NCBI GenBank assembly: GCA_964291625.2 | Contig: OZ220089.1 | Span: forward strand, 2,624,001-2,688,000 | Source of the DNA: Candidatus Latescibacterota bacterium | GTDB lineage: Bacteria > Latescibacterota > UBA2968 > UBA8231 | DNA: 64,000 nucleotides | Direction of reading: 5' to 3' | Shown here: positions 38,956 through 48,588 of the stretch, piece by piece | How positions within the stretch are numbered: the stretch's first letter is position 1 | Layout of the letters: each line of letters opens with the position of its first letter | Made by a program: the position numbers and the translations under genes | Notes under the pieces: model-generated | Told to the model about the DNA's origin: nothing | Seen by the model: only the letters and a program-made list of their open reading frames with translations | The model's database searches: none

Positions 38956-40031
38956 TCAACGAGCACGACGCCGGCCGGCGGGCGGAGCTGCGGGCGGCCG
39001 TGGAGGCCATGCCTCGGGTCGGACTGGCGGCCCTTCCAACCCCTTTCGAGCCCTGCCCTGGCCTGACCAAGGCGCTGGGGGGCCCGCAGTTGTGGGCCAA
39101 GCGGGACGACCTCACGGGCCTGGCCGCCGGCGGCAACAAGACTCGCATGTTCGAGTTCGTCCTGGGCCAAGCCGTGGAGGACGGGGTCGACACCGTCGTC
39201 GGCGGGGCGGCGGTGCAGTCGAACTACTGCCGCCAGCTGGCCGCCGCCTGCTCGCGCCTCGGCCTCGAGTGCCACCTGGTGCTGCGCAAGGTCCGCGGCG
39301 AGCGGGACCGCGAGGTGCAGGGCGGCCTGCTTCTCGATCTGCTCGTCGGCGCGCGGGTGGAGCTGGTCGAGGACGAGGGGAGCTGGGAGAGTCTCGGAGC
39401 CCGCATCCGCGAGAAGGGGCGGCAGCTGACCGCGGCCGGGCGCAAGGTCCATGTCGCCCGCGTCGGCGACGAGTCCGGCATCGGGCTGTCGGCGGTGGGC
39501 TACGTGGCCGCCACCCTGGAGCTGCTCGACCAGGCCGAGGCCGCCGGGGTCCGCATCGACGAGATCTGGCTCTGCTCCACCGACTCCACGCAGGCCGGCA
39601 TCGCCCTGGCCCTGAAGCACCTGCGCTCGCCGATCCGCCTGGTGGGCCTGCCGGCCCTGCCGGAGCCGGTGACCTCGGGCTGGACCTTCGAGGAGTGCCT
39701 CTCGTCGGTGGCCAACGAGTGCGGGTCCATCCTCGGCCTGGGGACCACGGTCGAGCCGTCGGAGATGGTCAGCAAGGTCGATTACGTCGGCCCCGGGTAC
39801 GCCGTCCTCACCGAAGGGGCCCGCGAGGCGATGCTGCTGGCGGGCCGGCACGAAGGCCTGCTCCTCGATCCGGTCTACACCTCCAAGGCCATGGCGGGCC
39901 TGATCGACCACGTCCGGCGGGGCCTCATCCCCGCCGAAGGCAACGTCGTTTTCCTGCACACGGGGGGGCTCCCCGCCCTCTTCGCGTACGCCGATTCCCT
40001 CGGTCTCGACGAGGCCCTGAAGTCGGGCTGA
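38952..40031 (+). CDS. D-cysteine desulfhydrase / ACC deaminase family PLP enzyme
   Basis: KRDDLTG...GGNKTR, QSNYCR, EGLLLDPVYTSKAMAG, FLHTGG. Confidence 0.92.
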   Translation: MINEHDAGRRAELRAAVEAMPRVGLAALPTPFEPCPGLTKALGGPQLWAKRDDLTGLAAGGNKTRMFEFVLGQAVEDGVDTVVGGAAVQSNYCRQLAAACSRLGLECHLVLRKVRGERDREVQGGLLLDLLVGARVELVEDEGSWESLGARIREKGRQLTAAGRKVHVARVGDESGIGLSAVGYVAATLELLDQAEAAGVRIDEIWLCSTDSTQAGIALALKHLRSPIRLVGLPALPEPVTSGWTFEECLSSVANECGSILGLGTTVEPSEMVSKVDYVGPGYAVLTEGAREAMLLAGRHEGLLLDPVYTSKAMAGLIDHVRRGLIPAEGNVVFLHTGGLPALFAYADSLGLDEALKSG

Positions 40032-40194
40032 TCCGGGCGCCGGTCCGCCGCCGGCGGGGCTCCTTCCGGAGGGCCGGTTTCTCTGGTGGCGGGGGGGGCG
40101 GGTCCGTAACTTGTCGAAGACCTCCGCTCTGCCCGGAGGTGCCCGGAGCAAGCAGCGTCTGGCCCGACCCTTTCCCTACATCGAGGAGGATACC

Positions 40195-40656
40195 TTGCAG
40201 CGTCTCGAGAGAGGACTGATCGCGTCCCTGCTGACAGGGGTTCTCCTGGCGGCGGGTTGCGGCGGGGACGATCCCGTGGAGCCGGAACCCGAGGCCGCCC
40301 CGCCCGATCTCACGGGCACCTATGCCCTCCAGTCCTTCGCATCCGCCGCTCTCACGGCCGGGAACCCGCTGACCCCGCCCGACGTGAGCGGCATGTTCAC
40401 CGTGGAGCGGACATCCGTGGCGGGCGGCGAAGCCGCCGGGACTTTCGAGATGACGGTCTCGGTCCCCGACAGCGAGGGTGGAACCACTACGATCGTGGAC
40501 CAGGGGACCTACAGGAATTACATGGACGGCCAGTTGGAGCAGGTCGGCGAGTTGTGGCAGACCCGAGGGACCTACGAGATCGACGGCAATACCCTGACGA
40601 TCGAGGTCGCCGAGCCCGTCCTCGCCCTCTCGAAGACGGTCTGGCAGCGGCAGTAG
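40195..40656 (+). CDS. Lipoprotein, lipocalin-like beta-barrel
   Basis: RBS GAGGAGG before TTG 40195; lipobox LAAGC; LTGTYAL..GTY..GTYEIDGNTLTI. Confidence 0.65.
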   Translation: MQRLERGLIASLLTGVLLAAGCGGDDPVEPEPEAAPPDLTGTYALQSFASAALTAGNPLTPPDVSGMFTVERTSVAGGEAAGTFEMTVSVPDSEGGTTTIVDQGTYRNYMDGQLEQVGELWQTRGTYEIDGNTLTIEVAEPVLALSKTVWQRQ

Positions 40657-40657
40657 A

Positions 40658-42823
40658 GTGACGCCCGGCCGCTTCCCATACTCGCGCCGGGTCTGCCTGG
40701 CCGCGCTCCTGGCCCCCCTCTGGCTGGGGGCCGGGGAGCCGACGACGATCCGCGGCCTCGTCGTCGACGGGGAGACGGGGGCGCCCGTCGCCGGCGCCCA
40801 GGTGCTGGTGCGCTCGACGCCGCTGGCGGCCCTGACGGACGAGGAGGGGCGCTTCGAGGTCGCCCCGCCCGGCGGCACGTACACCCTCGTCGTGGCGGCC
40901 GAGGGGTTCCGCACGGTCGAGGGCGTGATCGAGTCGGACCCGGAGGAGGACGGCCCCCTGCGGATCTCCCTGGAGCGGATGTTCTTCGAAGTCCCGGGCC
41001 TGACGGTCACGGCCAACCGCGGCACTTACCCCGGCGACGCTCCCACCTCCGTCGCCGTCATCACCGGCGACGAGCTGCAGCGGCGGGAGGCCACCAACCT
41101 GAACGAGGCCCTCCCCTTCGCACAGGGCGTGACCTTCAACGCCGGACAGATGGACATCCGCGGGTCCAGCGGCCTCTCCCGGGGCGTGGGCAGCCGGGTG
41201 CTCATGCTCCTCGACGGCCACCGGACGCTCTCGGGGGTGGGCTCGTCCATCGACTTCGCGGTCCTTCCGGTCCTCGACGTGGAACGCATCGAGATCGTCA
41301 AGGGGCCGCACTCGACCCTCTGGGGGACCAACGCCATGGGGGGCGTGGTCAACGTGATCACCCGGCCCCCGAGGCGGGAGGCCCGGACCGTGGTGCGCGG
41401 GTACTACGGCCTCTACGACACCCCCGCCGGCCAGCGCTTCGCCGACGGGCGTCTCGCCATGCAGGGGCTTCAGCTCCAGCACTCCCGGAGGATCGGGGAC
41501 GTCCACGCGGCGGTCTTCGCGGCGCGGGAGAGCTCCGACGGTTTTCGCCAGAACGGCGGTCTGGACGGCTGGCGGCTGCGGGGGAAGGCCGTCCTCGGGG
41601 ACTCGGCCACCCCGCTGAAACTGTTTGCGACCTGGAAGCGCGACGACATGGAGGAGTTCTTCACCTGGCTCTCCGGGGACCGCCGGCTGGAGATCGATCC
41701 CGACAACCTGGGCGACTGGAGGCGCGAGTCGGACCTGATCCTCGGTTTCACGGCCACGCCGCTGGTGACGCCCGGGCTCAAGCTCGAGCTGCGGCCCCAG
41801 ATCCAGCACTTCCGAGGCCGCAACTACTTCGGCGACCCGGACGACCCGGACCACAACGACGACTTCCACCGCTCCACGCGCTACGGCACCGATCTGCAGC
41901 TATCGGTCTTCACGGTGGGCCGGCACACGGTGACGGTGGGCGGCGAGGCGGCCTACACCGGCGTGGCGTCGAACTTCCTGGAGCCGAGCCCGGAGGTGAC
42001 CGATCTGGCCTTTTTCGGCCAGGACGAGATCGAGCTGGCCGAGGGGTTGCGGGGCTCGGTCGGAATCCGGCTGGACAGGCACAAGGCCTCCTCCGCCGAG
42101 AGGGACCTGACCCTCAACCCGAAGGTCGGGATCGTCTACCGCCCCTCCCCGCGTCTGAGCCTGCGCAGCTCGCTGAGCCGCGGCTACCGGGCGCCGAGCG
42201 TCTCCGAACAGTACACCTCGACGGTCGTCTTCGGTTTCCGGGTCGTGCCGAACTTGGAGCTGCGCGGCGAGTCCGCGTGGGCCGGGGAGGTCGGGGCCAC
42301 CGTGAGCCCCGGCGGCCGGCTCTGGCTCGACGCGGGCCTCTTCTGGAGCGAGTACTCCGGTCTGATCGAGGTAGCCGTCGCGCCCGACCAGCTCTACACC
42401 TTCCAGTTCCGGAACGTCGTCGAAGCCAGGATCCGGGGGATCGACACGGGGTTTCGCGCCGAGCTGGTCCCCGACAGGCTCGACTTCCAGACGAACTACC
42501 TCTTCCTCGATTCCACGGATCTGGGCACGGGCCGCAGGCTCGCCTACCGCTCGCGTCACGTCGTCACCACCACCCTCTCCGGCTGGGACGACGTGGTCGC
42601 CCTCGACGTGCGCTACCGCAGCCGGCCCGAGGCGGTCCTCCTCTACCCCCTCGACGAACGCAGCGCCTTCACCGTGGTCGACCTGCGGTTGAATCTCGAG
42701 GTCATGGGCATGGACCTGCAGGCCCGGGTCGACAACCTGCTTCAGGCCGAGTACGTGGACGTGCAGGAACGGAACCCGGGCGCCTCACGGAGCCTCCGCA
42801 CCACCCTCACCTCCCGCTTCTGA
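40658..42823 (+). CDS. TonB-dependent receptor with N-terminal carboxypeptidase-regulatory-like domain
   Basis: GLVVDGETGAPVAGA, plug IRG..RVLMLLDG, VERIEIVKGPHSTLWG..AMGGVVNVIT, C-terminal F. Confidence 0.92.
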   Translation: MTPGRFPYSRRVCLAALLAPLWLGAGEPTTIRGLVVDGETGAPVAGAQVLVRSTPLAALTDEEGRFEVAPPGGTYTLVVAAEGFRTVEGVIESDPEEDGPLRISLERMFFEVPGLTVTANRGTYPGDAPTSVAVITGDELQRREATNLNEALPFAQGVTFNAGQMDIRGSSGLSRGVGSRVLMLLDGHRTLSGVGSSIDFAVLPVLDVERIEIVKGPHSTLWGTNAMGGVVNVITRPPRREARTVVRGYYGLYDTPAGQRFADGRLAMQGLQLQHSRRIGDVHAAVFAARESSDGFRQNGGLDGWRLRGKAVLGDSATPLKLFATWKRDDMEEFFTWLSGDRRLEIDPDNLGDWRRESDLILGFTATPLVTPGLKLELRPQIQHFRGRNYFGDPDDPDHNDDFHRSTRYGTDLQLSVFTVGRHTVTVGGEAAYTGVASNFLEPSPEVTDLAFFGQDEIELAEGLRGSVGIRLDRHKASSAERDLTLNPKVGIVYRPSPRLSLRSSLSRGYRAPSVSEQYTSTVVFGFRVVPNLELRGESAWAGEVGATVSPGGRLWLDAGLFWSEYSGLIEVAVAPDQLYTFQFRNVVEARIRGIDTGFRAELVPDRLDFQTNYLFLDSTDLGTGRRLAYRSRHVVTTTLSGWDDVVALDVRYRSRPEAVLLYPLDERSAFTVVDLRLNLEVMGMDLQARVDNLLQAEYVDVQERNPGASRSLRTTLTSRF

Positions 42824-42871
42824 TCCCGCCGCGCAGGGCGGGCCCCTGACACCCGTCCCCGCGGACCGGGG

Positions 42872-45580
42872 TCACTCCTCGACGAAGGCGGCCGCTCCCA
42901 GGAGCCGGACCTCGTCGCACGGCACGGCGGGATAGTCCCGCACGGTGATCGACCTCTCGGAGGCGCTCTCCACGTCATAGCCGGTGTCCGCTGCCAGCAG
43001 CCAGGTCCCGGGAAGGCTCTCGGGGTCGGGCGCGGCTTCGGCGAGGCGGAAGGTGCGGCCCTCCACCGAGGCGACGCGCAGGGGACCCTGCGCGCGGTCC
43101 AGGGTCAGGGTACGGCCGCCGCAGCGCAGGGCCGTGCCGCACAGCAGGAAGGCCCGCCGCAGATTCCCCCCGTCGTCCACGGAGGCGAACCCGAAGCGGC
43201 CCTCGATGGAGAGCGGCCCGACCTCGTGGGCGCCGCCCCCCGGCGCCGAGAGGATGTAGTCGGTGCATCCCCGCCGCTGGACGGCGACGCCCAGGGCGCC
43301 GGTGGCGGGGTCGTCCAGCAGCAGCCGGGCGCCGCGCACGGGGGACTCCTCGACATAGGGGGTGATGACCGCGGTGAAGCGGCTGACCAGGTCCGCGTCG
43401 CCGCGGCGCTCGGCCAGGACCTGCTGCACCGGCGGGGCGTGGAGCTGGTCGCCGGTGTCCGAGCGCCAGCCGGGGGCATCCGCCAGGAGCAGCCGGTCCA
43501 CGGGGTTGAGGAGGGTCAGGTCCATGCGCACCTCCTCGTTGAGCCAGGTGGCGGTGAAGGGCTGCCGCGGCCGGCCGGCGCGCAGGTTGTCGAGCCACTC
43601 GATCTCCTCGTCCACCGGCTCCAGGTCGACGCCTTCAAGGCCGGCCAGGCCTCCGTTGCAGTGGAAGCCGTACTGGTGCAGCCGGCCGCCGTCGACGCGG
43701 AAGAAGTCGACGGCATAGGTCCCGCCGGGGACATGGACGAGGGTGCAGGTGCGCTGGTAGCGTCCGCACTGCTCGTACTGCCCGGCCGAGGCCTGCACCA
43801 CCTCGACGCCGGCGCCCGTCCCGAACAGCTCCAGGGCGGCGGGCTCGGTGGCGCCCCTCTGACTCGCGGCGTCCACGGTGACGATGTTGTGGGAGAGGGT
43901 GCTCCGGGTCCACGCGTTCCTCGGATCGTCCCAGATGTAGCCGCGGTCGGCGGCCATCTCCTTCCCGTGGGCGATGTAGATGAGGCCCAGGCTGTCGTAG
44001 TGGCGGTGGCCGCCGCAGGCATAGCCGTTGAGGTACAGGGCCGTGTGCCCCTCCGGGTCGCCGCCCCGCAGGACGGCCACGTGCCAGCCCGGGAACCACT
44101 CGGTGCGGCGCGGCAGGCCGGTCTCGCCCGCGGCCGTCAGACCGGGGTCCCGGTGCCACAGGGCGTACTCCGTCCCCTTCTCCGCCAAGGGCGCGCCCTG
44201 GGCCTTCTCCAGCAGGCCGGCGTAGCCGCCGCCGTAGTGGGCGGCCAGGACCTCGGCGTGGATGGGGTCGATGCCCTGGCCGTCGTGGGAGTCGCCGATG
44301 ACGGGGTCCTGCAGGTTCGGGTCGAGCATGCGCACCATGCTCTCCAGGGCCAGGCGGTAGCGGTCGAACCGCTGGAAGGGATCGAGGTCGTCCAGGCGGG
44401 TCCCGCTCTCCGTCGCGTAGCCCTCCGGGTCGGAGTATCCAGTGAGCATCTCCGGGATCTCGCGCAGGAGGTTGAGGTGCATGGAGGAGTACCCCGGCGA
44501 CTCGGTGCAGAAGCCGTCGAAGTGGAAGGCCTCCTCCAGCAGGGCCTCGAGGCCCTCGATGGCACGGCGCACGCTCTCCGGCTTCTCGAAGAGGATGCCC
44601 GCCGCCGCGCTCAGGGCCCGGCCGGGGCCGCACTTGTTGTTGATGGCGCTCCAGTTCTCGGTGTCGGCCCAGCCGGCCAGGATGAGGTCGTCGACGATGC
44701 GGCGGTCCATCTCCGGCGTGATCACCGGGGAGCCGTCGTCGTGGAGGGCCCCGCGGATCAGGTCCCAGGCGAGGGTGGCCGAGAGGATCATCCGGCCGTC
44801 GGAGCCGCTGCACCCCATGCGCCCGGCGCCCCAGAAGCCGTTGTTGAGGACGGCGTGGTCGCCCTGGAGATGGCGGCCCTCGAAGGCGGTGATGATCGTC
44901 TCGGGGGGGAAGCGCCCGGCCGGCGGATGGGCGCCCATGGCGGCGGCCGCCTCCCCCGGGGGGCAGTCGGCGACGGTGCCGTCGTAGGAGTGGAAGAGCC
45001 AGGTGGGATAGCGCCGCGCCAGGCAGTCCATGATCGACGCCGACCAGCGGGCGCAGGCGGCGTCGCCGGTGAGGGCGTAGAGCTTGGCGAGGGGCAGCAT
45101 CTTCTCGAAGCACCAGTTGATCTTCATCGAGCGGATGATGCCGGTCCAGCTCGTGTGCACGGGCCAGTTCACCCACTTGAAGGCGTGCCGGCCCGACCTG
45201 TCTTCGGGATGGGCGCGCTCCTCGTCGGTCAGGTAGAAGGTGAAGGTCTGGCCCATCCGGGGGGCGGTGACGCTGCCGGTCTCGGGATGGTCGTCGCTGG
45301 GGTACTCGGTGCTGCAGTACTTGCAGACCAGGCGGTCGGGCTCCCGGACATCCCAGTCGTAGATGCCGGTCTCCCCCATGGTGGAGAGCCGGTTGACGCA
45401 GACCGGACAGTTCTGGCCGTACTGGGGCCAGGGGGTCAGCTCGGGCATCATCGCCTCGACGAAGCCGGGGTCCTGCTCCATCAGGTAGGCCACCTGCTGC
45501 GTCCACCCTTCGACGATGGCCTGGGCCCACGGGTGGCGGGCCACGTTCTCCCGGGCCCTGTCGACGTTGAGCAGCGGCAA
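42872..45580 (-). CDS. Heparinase II/III-like (polysaccharide lyase-type) protein
   Basis: RBS AAGGAGG before TTG 45580; DGFCTESPGY, GHRHYDSL..GKEMAADRGY, STLSHNIVTVD. Confidence 0.75.
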   Translation of the reverse strand: MPLLNVDRARENVARHPWAQAIVEGWTQQVAYLMEQDPGFVEAMMPELTPWPQYGQNCPVCVNRLSTMGETGIYDWDVREPDRLVCKYCSTEYPSDDHPETGSVTAPRMGQTFTFYLTDEERAHPEDRSGRHAFKWVNWPVHTSWTGIIRSMKINWCFEKMLPLAKLYALTGDAACARWSASIMDCLARRYPTWLFHSYDGTVADCPPGEAAAAMGAHPPAGRFPPETIITAFEGRHLQGDHAVLNNGFWGAGRMGCSGSDGRMILSATLAWDLIRGALHDDGSPVITPEMDRRIVDDLILAGWADTENWSAINNKCGPGRALSAAAGILFEKPESVRRAIEGLEALLEEAFHFDGFCTESPGYSSMHLNLLREIPEMLTGYSDPEGYATESGTRLDDLDPFQRFDRYRLALESMVRMLDPNLQDPVIGDSHDGQGIDPIHAEVLAAHYGGGYAGLLEKAQGAPLAEKGTEYALWHRDPGLTAAGETGLPRRTEWFPGWHVAVLRGGDPEGHTALYLNGYACGGHRHYDSLGLIYIAHGKEMAADRGYIWDDPRNAWTRSTLSHNIVTVDAASQRGATEPAALELFGTGAGVEVVQASAGQYEQCGRYQRTCTLVHVPGGTYAVDFFRVDGGRLHQYGFHCNGGLAGLEGVDLEPVDEEIEWLDNLRAGRPRQPFTATWLNEEVRMDLTLLNPVDRLLLADAPGWRSDTGDQLHAPPVQQVLAERRGDADLVSRFTAVITPYVEESPVRGARLLLDDPATGALGVAVQRRGCTDYILSAPGGGAHEVGPLSIEGRFGFASVDDGGNLRRAFLLCGTALRCGGRTLTLDRAQGPLRVASVEGRTFRLAEAAPDPESLPGTWLLAADTGYDVESASERSITVRDYPAVPCDEVRLLGAAAFVEE

Positions 45581-45711
45581 GGGGTCCTCCTTTTGTATCG
45601 ACCGGCGCGCGCCCTTCAGCCGGCCCGTTTCAAAGATTGACGCTCGGGTTCCGCTGCGGTAACCTCGCGCCGGAAGGGCCCCCTGCGCCAACAACCGCCG
45701 GAGAAGCGGCC

Positions 45712-46551
45712 ATGCCAGACTACGACTACCACTTCGACCGCGACGACCTCGATGCGGCTCTGTCCTGCCTGGACGAGCACGGCTTCTGCGTCATCCAGGG
45801 GATGATCGATGCGGACACGGTGGCGGCGCTGAAGGCCGGCATCGACCGCCACCTGGACCCCGACGGCGACCTGGGACCGGCGTCCAACCGCTACCACATG
45901 ACCTTCGCAGAGGACAGCGAGGAGGTCTGGAGGCTGGTCGACAATCCCGCCTTCATGCGTTTCATCCGGCGGGTCCACGGCACCGAGGACCTCTGCCTGC
46001 ACCGGTCGGCAGCCATCCTGCGCACCCCGGGCGAGGGCATGGGCGGCTGGCACCAGGACCACCGCGGGCACATCGCCCGCCCCCAGCGCGCCAACGACGT
46101 GCTCAACCGGTTTCCCATCCCCAGCGGCACCTGGTTCTACCTCAACGGCAGCGATCCCGGCCGCAGCGGCATCGCCGTCATCGAGAGGTCCCATCATCCC
46201 GACTGGGAGGGGCCGGAGGGGTACGCCATCGGTCCGGACCGCGTCGGGTTGCATCCGGAGGACGCCGCGCCGGACGCGTCGTACGACGGCATGTCCGTCC
46301 CCGGCTGCGTGCCGGTCCTGGCCGACCCGGGCGACCTCATCTGCTTCGCCGCCCTCACCTGGCACGCCAACATGGCCACCCGCGAGCGGCGTTATTCCTG
46401 CGGCATCGGCTTCCGGCCCAGGTCCTTCCGCATCGACGCGCCCTGGCCCCTGCCGGCCTCGGCCCGGGCCCTGGCCGAGCGGCTGCCCGACCGGCTCAAG
46501 CACTACATGGACGGATACGTCGGCTTCGACGGGGAGTGGCGGGCGGAGTAG
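45712..46551 (+). CDS. Phytanoyl-CoA dioxygenase (PhyH) family protein
   Basis: EHGFCVI, WHQD, PGDLICF..LTWH..N HxD/H triad. Confidence 0.85.
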   Translation: MPDYDYHFDRDDLDAALSCLDEHGFCVIQGMIDADTVAALKAGIDRHLDPDGDLGPASNRYHMTFAEDSEEVWRLVDNPAFMRFIRRVHGTEDLCLHRSAAILRTPGEGMGGWHQDHRGHIARPQRANDVLNRFPIPSGTWFYLNGSDPGRSGIAVIERSHHPDWEGPEGYAIGPDRVGLHPEDAAPDASYDGMSVPGCVPVLADPGDLICFAALTWHANMATRERRYSCGIGFRPRSFRIDAPWPLPASARALAERLPDRLKHYMDGYVGFDGEWRAE

Positions 46552-46571
46552 AGCCGCCGGACTCGGCTCGC

Positions 46572-47387
46572 TCAGGCGCGGGGCCAGAACTGGTTCCAGG
46601 CGGTCATCCAGTCGCCAGCGCGGCTCTCGACGGAGAGAGGCCCCGTCGCCTCGACCCCGGGGCGCCCCTTGAAATCGGCGAGCTTGTCGACACTGGCCAG
46701 CTCGATCCGGATCGTCGTCGGCCGCTCGGGGACGTAGGGCCGGGTGCGGACCGGATCGGTGAGCGCCTTCCGGGCCGCCTCCTCGATCCGCTCCCGGACG
46801 CGGGCGGGCGCCAGCTGCCGGGCGCTGAAGCGGCTCAGGCCCTTCTTGACCGCCACCGTCGGGAGCGAGTCGCCGAGGAGGGCCCTGGCCTCCCGGCAGA
46901 CGGCGGCGTCGCCGGTGACCAGGGCGACGGGGACCCCGTGGTGACCGTTGAGCGCCGCGTTGACGCCGGTCTCGCCCACGAGATCGTCGTTGAACCAGAG
47001 GTTCCGGTAGCGGACGCTGGAGATCGTGTGGCACAGCACCCCGTCGGGCGTGCCGTCGCGGGCGTGCATGCCGATGGGCAGACAGGCGTCGCACCCCGTC
47101 TCCCACATCTCGTCGTAGCGGCCCCACCCGTGGTGGGCGACCCACTCGCAGTCGGGGTGGATCTTGTCGGGGATGAGGGAGTTGAAGCCCCAGCCCTCGC
47201 CGGCGCCGTGGCAGTCGACGACGACGACCTCCGTCGCCCCGGCGGCCCTGGCTCCGCGCACGGCGGCATTGATCTCCTCCGTGTAGAGATGCCGCCCCTC
47301 CTCGAACATCGGGTCGCCGCCAGTCACCTGGTTCCACACGACGATGCCGCTCACCCCCTCCATGTCGGACATGATCAGCACGCGCAT
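46572..47387 (-). CDS. M55 family D-aminopeptidase (DppA-like)
   Basis: MSDMEGVSG, VVDCHG, GMHA..GVLCHT, GETGVNA, VTGD. Confidence 0.92.
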   Translation of the reverse strand: MRVLIMSDMEGVSGIVVWNQVTGGDPMFEEGRHLYTEEINAAVRGARAAGATEVVVVDCHGAGEGWGFNSLIPDKIHPDCEWVAHHGWGRYDEMWETGCDACLPIGMHARDGTPDGVLCHTISSVRYRNLWFNDDLVGETGVNAALNGHHGVPVALVTGDAAVCREARALLGDSLPTVAVKKGLSRFSARQLAPARVRERIEEAARKALTDPVRTRPYVPERPTTIRIELASVDKLADFKGRPGVEATGPLSVESRAGDWMTAWNQFWPRA

Positions 47388-47414
47388 CGTCGCGGCCTCC
47401 CTTGAGCCGCCGCT

Positions 47415-47681
47415 CTATCTGGGTGATGAGGGTGGAGCGAGGAGGGCCTTGAGGGAGCCCCAGCCGGCGCCCTGGACGGCGGTGGGGCCGCTCACCACGA
47501 GGCGGACCACGCCGAGGTGCGGCCCCCCCGACCTCATGGCGGCGAAGTAGGTCCCGGCCCCGGCGGGAGAGGCGACGATCTGGTGAGCGCCGGCGTGGTG
47601 GATCTGCTCCCAGTTCAGGCCGCCGTCGGTGCTCAGGAATGTGATCGCCAGGATCAGGAGCGCTGTTCGACACGGTTTCAT
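47415..47681 (-). CDS. 88-aa ORF: signal-like N-terminus, one Asp-box and a C-terminal TAV..WGxLK motif (possible internally deleted gene)
   Basis: Strong RBS AAGGAGGT; MKPCRTALLILAITF-LSTDGGLNW-...-PTAVQGAGWGSLKALL. Confidence 0.55.
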   Translation of the reverse strand: MKPCRTALLILAITFLSTDGGLNWEQIHHAGAHQIVASPAGAGTYFAAMRSGGPHLGVVRLVVSGPTAVQGAGWGSLKALLAPPSSPR

Positions 47682-47813
47682 GGCCGACCTCCTTGCCACT
47701 GATCCCTGTCTGTGACGGAAGATCCGATCCGCATGTCCGCTCGGCAAGGTCCCCTCGTTGACCGTCGTCGTGGCGGGGAATAGGATCTCCGCCAACCCGC
47801 CGGGAGGGACCCC

Positions 47814-48557
47814 ATGACGCCGGAACAGAAGTATCTCTTCGACCTGCAGGGCTTCGTCGTCCTCGAGGACGTGGTCCCGCGGTCGGTCATCGCGGCGTGC
47901 AACGAGGCCCTCGACGGATTCGAGGAGATGGACCCCGAGGACTACCCGCCCCCTCTCTGCCTCGGCACCGAGAAGACGGAGCAGGAGCTCTACATCTCCA
48001 ACATCCTCGAAGCGTCCCCGGTCTTCGCCCCCCTGATCGACATTCCCGAGGTCCTCGACATCGTGGCCGGAGTGACCGGCGGGCCCTGGCGCCTGAACCA
48101 CACCTACACGATCTACCGTTGGGGCGGCGGCTACACGGGCCTGCACATGCACGGCACGCCGATCATCCCCAAGTGCCAGTATCACTGCCGCAACGGACAG
48201 ATGGTCTCGACCCTGACCAAGGCGGTCTTTCCCATGCTCGACTGCGATGTCGAGGACGGGTGCTTCGCCGTGGTCCCGGGCGCCCACAAGAGCAACTTCC
48301 CGCGCCCCTGGGGACACCATCCCGCCGAGACCCCGGTCCTCGCCCCGGTCCCCGCCAGAGCCGGAGACGCCATCGTCTTCACCGAGGCCCTGACCCACGG
48401 CTCGACGATCAACGTATCGGGCCGTCCGCGCCGCACCCTCTACTACTGCTACAGCATCGGATACATGCCGGACTGGGGCGGCCAGGGCCTGCGCTTCAGC
48501 GACCGGGTCATGGGCGGCCTCACCGAGGCCCAGCGCGAGATCATCGAGCTGAAGTAG
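47814..48557 (+). CDS. Phytanoyl-CoA dioxygenase (PhyH) family protein
   Basis: QKYLFDLQGFVVL, LHMHG, VPGAHKSNF, AGDAIVFTEALTHG, RRTLYY. Confidence 0.88.
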   Translation: MTPEQKYLFDLQGFVVLEDVVPRSVIAACNEALDGFEEMDPEDYPPPLCLGTEKTEQELYISNILEASPVFAPLIDIPEVLDIVAGVTGGPWRLNHTYTIYRWGGGYTGLHMHGTPIIPKCQYHCRNGQMVSTLTKAVFPMLDCDVEDGCFAVVPGAHKSNFPRPWGHHPAETPVLAPVPARAGDAIVFTEALTHGSTINVSGRPRRTLYYCYSIGYMPDWGGQGLRFSDRVMGGLTEAQREIIELK

Positions 48558-48588
48558 GACGATCCCCGAACCTCGACAGGAGGCACGA

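Noticed and set aside
40035-40195. Riboswitch (e.g. cobalamin) or ECF promoter upstream of the lipoprotein/TonB receptor genes
   Set aside because: No recognisable conserved riboswitch boxes; a GTAACTT is present but lacks a properly spaced -10 element.
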